A stretch of DNA of 64,000 nt from the NCBI GenBank assembly GCA_030390025.1, contig CM059438.1, positions 60,576,001-60,640,000 on the forward strand. Direction: 5' to 3'. Below are positions 57,401 through 64,000 of the stretch, in pieces. The notes under the pieces were generated by a model, which was given only the letters and a program-made list of their open reading frames with translations, did not search any database and was not told where the DNA came from. The translations under genes were made by a program, and so were the position numbers. Origin of the DNA: Squalus acanthias. Lineage: Eukaryota. Each line of letters starts with the position of its first letter. Position 1 is the stretch's first letter.

Positions 57401-60400
57401 TCCAACATAAAGTAGTATCCAACATAAATTAGTATCCAACATAAAGTAGTATCCAACATAAAGTAGTGTCCAACATAAAGTAGTATCCAACATAAATTAG
57501 TATCCAACATGAAGTAGTATCCAACATAAAGTAGTATCCAACATAAAGTAGTATCCAACATAAAGTAGTATCCAACATAAATTAGTATCCAATATAAAGT
57601 AGTATCCAACATGAAGTAGTATCCAACATAACTTAGTATCCAACATAAAGTAGTATCCAACATAAAGTAGTATCCAACATAAATTAGTCTCCAACATGAA
57701 TTATTATCCAACATAAAGTAGTATCCAACATGAATTAGTATCCAACATAAAGTAGTATCCAACATAAAGTAGTATCCAACATAAAGTAGCGTCCAACATA
57801 AAGTAGTATCCAACATAAAGTAGCGTCCAACATAAAGTAGTATCCAACATAAAGTAGTGTCCAACATGAATTATTATCCAACATAAAGTAGTCTCCAACA
57901 TAAAGTAGTATCCAACATAAAGTAGTATCCAACATAAATTAGTCTCCAACATGAATTATTATCCAACATAAAGTAGGCTCCAACATAAAGTAGTCTCCAA
58001 CATAAAGTAGTATCCAACATAATTTAGTATCCAACATAAAGTAGTATCCAACATAATTTAGTATCCAACATAATTTAGTATCCAACATGAATTATTATCC
58101 AACATAATGTAGGCTCCAACATAAAGTAGTCCCCAACATAAAGTAGAATCCAACATAATTTAGTATCCAACATAAAGTAGTATCCAACAGAAAGTAGTAT
58201 CCAATATGAAGTAGTATCCAACATAAAGTAGTATCCAACATAAAGTAGTATCCAACATAAAGTAGTATCCAACATAAAGTAGTATCCAACTTAAAGTAGT
58301 ATCCAACATAAAGTAGCGTCCAACATAAAGTAGCATCCAACATAAAGTAGTATCCAATATAAAGTAGTATCCAACATAAATTAGTCTCCAACATGAATTA
58401 TTATCCAACATAATGTAGTATCCAACATGAAGTAGTATCCAACATGAATTATTATCCAACATAAAGTAGTATCCAACATAATTTAGTATCCAACATAAAG
58501 TAGTATCCAACATAATTTAGTATCCAACATAATTTAGTATCCAACATGAATTATTATCCAACATAAAGTAGGCTCCAACATAAAGTAGTATCCAACATAA
58601 ATTTGTATCCAACATAAATTAGTATGCAACATAAATTAGTCTCCAACATGAATTATTATCCAACATAAAGTAGGCTCCAACATAAAGTAGTCTCCAACAT
58701 AAAGTAGAATCCAACATAAAGTAGTCTCCAACATAAAGTAGTATCCAACATAAAGTAGCATCCAACAGAAAGTAGTATCCAACATGAAGTAGTATCCAAC
58801 ATAAAGTAGTCTCCAACATAAAGTAGTATCCAACATAAAGTAGTATCCAACATAAAGTAGTGTCCAACATAAATTATTATCAAACATTATTTAGGCTCCA
58901 ACATGAATTATTATCCAACATAATGTAGTATCCAACATGAAGTAGTATCCAACATGAATTATTATCCAACATAAAGTAGTCTCCAACATAAAGTAGTATC
59001 CAACATAAAGTAGCATCCAACAGAAAGTAGTATCCAACATGAAGTAGTATCCAACATAAAGTAGTCTCCAACATAAAGTAGTATCCAACATAAAGTAGTA
59101 TCCAACATAAAGTAGTATCCAACATAAAGTAGTATCCAACAGAAAGTAGTATCCAACATAAAGTAGCATCCAACATAAATTAGTATCCAACATAAAGTAG
59201 TATCCAACATAAAGTAGTATCCAACATAAAGTAGTATCCAACATAAATTAGTATCCAACATAAAGTAGTATCCAACATAAAGTAGTATCCAACATAAAGT
59301 AGTATCCAACATAAAGTAGTATCCAACAGAAAGTAGTATCCAACATAAAGTAGCATCCAACATAAATTAGTATCCAACATAAAGTAGTATCCAACATAAA
59401 GTAGTATCCAACATAAAGTAGTATCCAACATAAATTAGTATCCAACATAAAGTAGTATCCAACATAAAGTAGAATCCAACATAAAGTAGCGTCCAACATA
59501 AAGTAGTATCCAACATAAAGTAGTATCCAACATATATTAGTATCCAACATAAATTAGTCTCCAACATGAATTATTATCCAACATAAAGTAGGCTCCAACA
59601 TAAAGTAGTATCCAACATAAATTCGTATACAACATAAATTATTATCAAACATTATTTAGGCTCCAACATGAATTATTATCCAACATAATGTAGTATCCAA
59701 CATGAAGTAGTATCCAACATGAATTATTATCCAACATAAAGTAGTCTCCAACATAAAGTAGTATCCAACATAAAGTAGCATCCAACAGAAAGTAGTATCC
59801 AACATGAAGTAGTATCCAACATAAAGTAGTCTCCAACATAAAGTAGTATCCAACATAAAGTAGTATCCAACATAAAGTAGTATCCAACATAAAGTAGTAT
59901 CCAACAGAAAGTAGTATCCAACATAAAGTAGCATCCAACATAAATTAGTATCCAACATAAAGTAGTATCCAACATAAAGTAGTATCCAACATAAAGTAGT
60001 ATCCAACATAAATTAGTATCCAACATAAAGTAGTATCCAACATAAAGTAGAATCCAACATAAAGTAGCGTCCAACATAAAGTAGTATCCAACATAAAGTA
60101 GTATCCAACATAAAGTAGTATCCAACATAAATTAGTCTCCAACATGAATTATTATCCAACATAAAGTAGTATCCAACATAAATTAGTATCCAACATAAAG
60201 TAGCGTCCAACATAAAGTAGTATCCAACATAAAGTAGCGTCCAACATAAAGTAGTATTCAACATAAAGTAGTGTCCAACATGAATTATTATCCAACATAA
60301 AGTAGTCTCCAACATAAAGTGGTATCCAACATAATTTAGTATCCAACATAAATTAGTCTCCAACATGAATTATTATCCAACATAAAGTAGTCTCCAACAT

Positions 60401-63400
60401 AAAGTAGTATCCCACATAAAGTAGTATCCAACATAAAGTAGTATCCAACATAAAGTAGTATCCAACAGAAAGTAGTATCCAACATAAAGTAGCATCCAAC
60501 ATAAATTAGTATCCAACATAAAGTAGTATCCAACATAAAGTAGTATCCAACATAAAGTAGTATCCAACATAAAGTAGTATCCAACATAAATTAGTATCCA
60601 ACATAAAGTAGTATCCAACATAAAGTAGTATCCAACATAAAGTAGCGTCCAACATAAAGTAGTATCCAACATAAAGTAGTATCCAACATAAAGTAGTATC
60701 CAACATAAATTAGTCTCCAACATGAATTATTATCCAACATAAAGTAGTATCCAACATAAAGTAGTATCCAACATAAAGTAGTATCCAACATAAAGTAGTA
60801 TCCAACATAAAGTAGCGTCCAACATAAAGTAGTATCCAACATAAAGTAGTATCCAACATAAAGTAGTATCCAACATAAATTAGTCTCCAACATGAATTAT
60901 TATCCAACATAAAGTAGTATCCAACATAAATTAGTATCCAACATAAAGTAGTGTCCAACATAAAGTAGTATCCAACATAAAGTAGCGTCCAACATAAAGT
61001 AGTATCCAACATAAAGTAGCGTCCAACATAAAGTAGTATCCAACATAAAGTAGTGTCCAACATGAATTATTATCCAACATAAAGTAGTCTCCAACATAAA
61101 GTAGTATCCAACATAATTTAGTATCCAACATAAATTAGTCTCCAACATGAATTATTATCCAACATAAAGTAGGCTCCAACATAAAGTAGTCTCCAACATA
61201 AAGTAGTATCCAACATAATTTAGTATCCAACATAAATTAGTCTCCAACATGAATTATTATCCAACATAAAGTAGGCTCCAACATAAAGTAGTCTCCAACA
61301 TAAAGTAGTATCCAACATAATTTAGTATCCAACATAAAGTAGTATCCAACATAATTTAGTATCCAACATAATTTAGTATCCAACATGAATTATTATCCAA
61401 CATAATGTAGGCTCCAACATAAAGTAGTCCCCAACATAAAGTAGAATCCAACATAATTTAGTATCCAACATAAAGTAGTATCCAACAGAAAGTAGTATCC
61501 AATATGAAGTAGTATCCAACATAAAGTAGTATCCAACATAAAGTAGTATCCAAAAGAAAGTAGTATCCAACATAAAGTAGCATCCAACATAAATTAGTAT
61601 CCAACATAAAGTAGTATCCAACATAAAGTAGTATCCAACATAAAGTAGTATCCAACATAAAGTAGTATCCAACTTAAAGTAGTATTCAACATAAAGTAGC
61701 GTCCAACATAAAGTAGTATCCAACATAAAGTAGTGTCCAATATAAAGTAGTATCCAACATAAATTAGTCTCCAACATGAATTATTATCCAACATAATGTA
61801 GTATCCAACATGAAGTAGTATCCAACATGAATTATTATCCAACATAAAGTAGTATCCAACATAATTTAGTATCCAACATAAAGTAGTATCCAACATAATT
61901 TAGTATCCAACATAATTTAGTATCCAACATGAATTATTATCCAACATAAAGTAGGCTCCAACATAAAGTAGTATCCAACATAAATTTGTATCCAACATAA
62001 ATTAGTATGCAACATAAATTAGTCTCCAACATGAATTATTATCCAACATAAAGTAGGCTCCAACATAAAGTAGTCTCCAACATAAAGTAGAATCCAACAT
62101 AATTTAGTATCCAACATAATTTAGTATCCAACATAAAGTAGTATCCAACATAAAGTAGTATCCAACATAACTTAGTATCCAACATAAAGTAGTATCCAAC
62201 ATAAAGTAGTATCCAACATAAAGTAGTGTCCAACATAAAGTAGTATCCAACATAAATTAGTATCCAATATAAAGTAGTATCCAACATAAAGTAGTATCCA
62301 ACATAACTTAGTATCCAACATAAAGTAGTATCCAACATAAAGTAGTATCCAACATAAAGTAGTGTCCAACATAAAGTAGTATCCAACATAACTTAGTATC
62401 CAACATAAAGTAGTATCCAACATAAAGTAGTATCCAACATAAAGTAGTGTCCAACATAAAGTAGTATCCAACATAAATTAGTATCCAACATAAAGTAGTA
62501 TCCAACATAAAGTAGTGTCCAACATAAAGTAGTATCCAACATAAATTAGTATCCAACATAAAGTAGTATCCAACATAAAGTAGTGTCCAACATAAAGTAG
62601 TATCCAACATAAATTAGTATCCAACATGAAGTAGTATCCAACATAAAGTAGTATCCAAATAAAGTAGTATCCAACATAAAGTAGTATCCAACATAAATTA
62701 GTATCCAATATAAAGTAGTATCCAACATGAAGTAGTATCCAACATAACTTAGTATCCAACATAAAGTAGTATCCAACATAAAGTAGTATCCAACATAAAT
62801 TAGTCTCCAACATGAATTATTATCCAACATAAAGTAGTATCCAACATGAATTAGTATCCAACATAAAGTAGTATCCAACATAAAGTAGTATCCAACATAA
62901 AGTAGCGTCCAACATAAAGTAGTATCCAACATAAAGTAGCGTCCAACATAAAGTAGTATCCAACATAAAGTAGTGTCCAACATGAATTATTATCCAACAT
63001 AAAGTAGTCTCCAACATAAAGTAGTATCCAACATAAAGTAGTATCCAACATAAATTAGTCTCCAACATGAATTATTATCCAACATAAAGTAGGCTCCAAC
63101 ATAAAGTAGTCTCCAACATAAAGTAGTATCCAACATAATTTAGTATCCAACATAAAGTAGTATCCAACATAATTTAGTATCCAACATAATTTAGTATCCA
63201 ACATGAATTATTATCCAACATAATGTAGGCTCCAACATAAAGTAGTCCCCAACATAAAGTAGAATCCAACATAATTTAGTATCCAACATAAAGTAGTATC
63301 CAACAGAAAGTAGTATCCAATATGAAGTAGTATCCAACATAAAGTAGTATCCAACATAAAGTAGTATCCAAAAGAAAGTAGTATCCAACATAAAGTAGCA

Positions 63401-64000
63401 TCCAACATAAATTAGTATCCAACATAAAGTAGTATCCAACATAAAGTAGTATCCAACATAAAGTAGTATCCAACATAAAGTAGTATCCAACTTAAAGTAG
63501 TATCCAACATAAAGTAGCGTCCAACATAAAGTAGTATCCAACATAAAGTAGTATCCAATATAAAGTAGTATCCAACATAAATTAGTCTCCAACATGAATT
63601 ATTATCCAACATAATGTAGTATCCAACATGAAGTAGTATCCAACATGAATTATTATCCAACATAAAGTAGTATCCAACATAATTTAGTATCCAACATAAA
63701 GTAGTATCCAACATAATTTAGTATCCAACATAATTTAGTATCCAACATGAATTATTATCCAACATAAAGTAGGCTCCAACATAAAGTAGTATCCAACATA
63801 AATTTGTATCCAACATAAATTAGTATGCAACATAAATTAGTCTCCAACATGAATTATTATCCAACATAAAGTAGGCTCCAACATAAAGTAGTCTCCAACA
63901 TAAAGTAGAATCCAACATAATTTAGTATCCAACATAATTTAGTATCCAACATAAAGTAGTATCCAACATAAAGTAGTATCCAACATAACTTAGTATCCAA
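54480..64000. repeat. Subfamily 2, layer C: tandem higher-order repeat of 301 monomers (5115-5117 bp), about 1.85 copies visible
   Basis: Diagnostic variants gtagcgtcc, gtaggctcc, tagtcccc and frequent aacataatttag. Offsets 54530/59645 (5115), 55220/60336 (5116), 56256/61373 (5117 = 301x17) and 57704/62820 (5116). Confidence 0.9.

Larger units (their letters stand above)
1..64000. repeat. 17-bp tandem satellite array, about 3,760 monomers, head-to-tail, running off both window edges
   Basis: The TCCAAC core recurs every 17 bp from start to end. I saw no inversion and no non-satellite insertion. The ORF track shows the matching 17-aa (51-bp, 3-monomer) periodicity. Confidence 0.99.

Noticed and set aside
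169..63714. Hundreds of minus-strand ORFs of 60-336 aa, e.g. 52118..53128, 20296..21153, 23477..24313
   Set aside because: They overlap in all three frames with the same cyclic peptide. Their lengths depend only on the spacing of the stop-containing monomer variant and on indels, and the longest fall in the noisy homogenised zones. No unique domain is visible.
1..64000. CRISPR array
   Set aside because: The repeats abut with no unique spacers, the total period is only 17 bp, and there is no leader or cas gene.
1..64000. Promoters, terminators, tRNA/rRNA, hairpins or inverted repeats
   Set aside because: TATA-like or AATAAA words arise only as monomer variants. The array never changes orientation and the monomer has no substantial dyad symmetry.

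Overview
The whole 64 kb window is one uninterrupted, single-orientation tandem array of a 17-bp satellite (about 3,760 monomers). I find no support for protein-coding genes, RNA genes, CRISPR arrays or mobile elements, and no new gene-based system. Positions 1-1258 use a GC-richer monomer (AACACCAAGTAGTGTCC). From 1259 to the end, the array uses a related AT-richer monomer (AACATAAAGTAGTATCC; common variants AACATAAATTAGTATCC and AACATGAAGTAGTATCC), joined in phase through two hybrid monomers and a diverged ~0.6 kb zone. Rare variant monomers split the main array into three layers. Layer A (~1.9-39.3 kb) is a mosaic of reshuffled modules including a 4069-bp duplication. Layer B (~40.5-54.5 kb) has a 3819-bp higher-order unit. 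Layer C (~54.5-64 kb) has a ~5.1 kb, 301-monomer unit with nested sub-duplications. Several zones, chiefly ~13.9-25.9, ~38.9-42.0 and ~51.1-53.3 kb, have many 1-bp indels and have lost their diagnostic variants, which looks like long-read consensus artefact. All listed ORFs are artefacts of a stop-free minus-strand monomer whose length is not a multiple of 3. The organism and chromosomal role cannot be determined from the window; eukaryotic heterochromatic satellite is the most likely context (inference). Internal boundaries were read by eye and are approximate.
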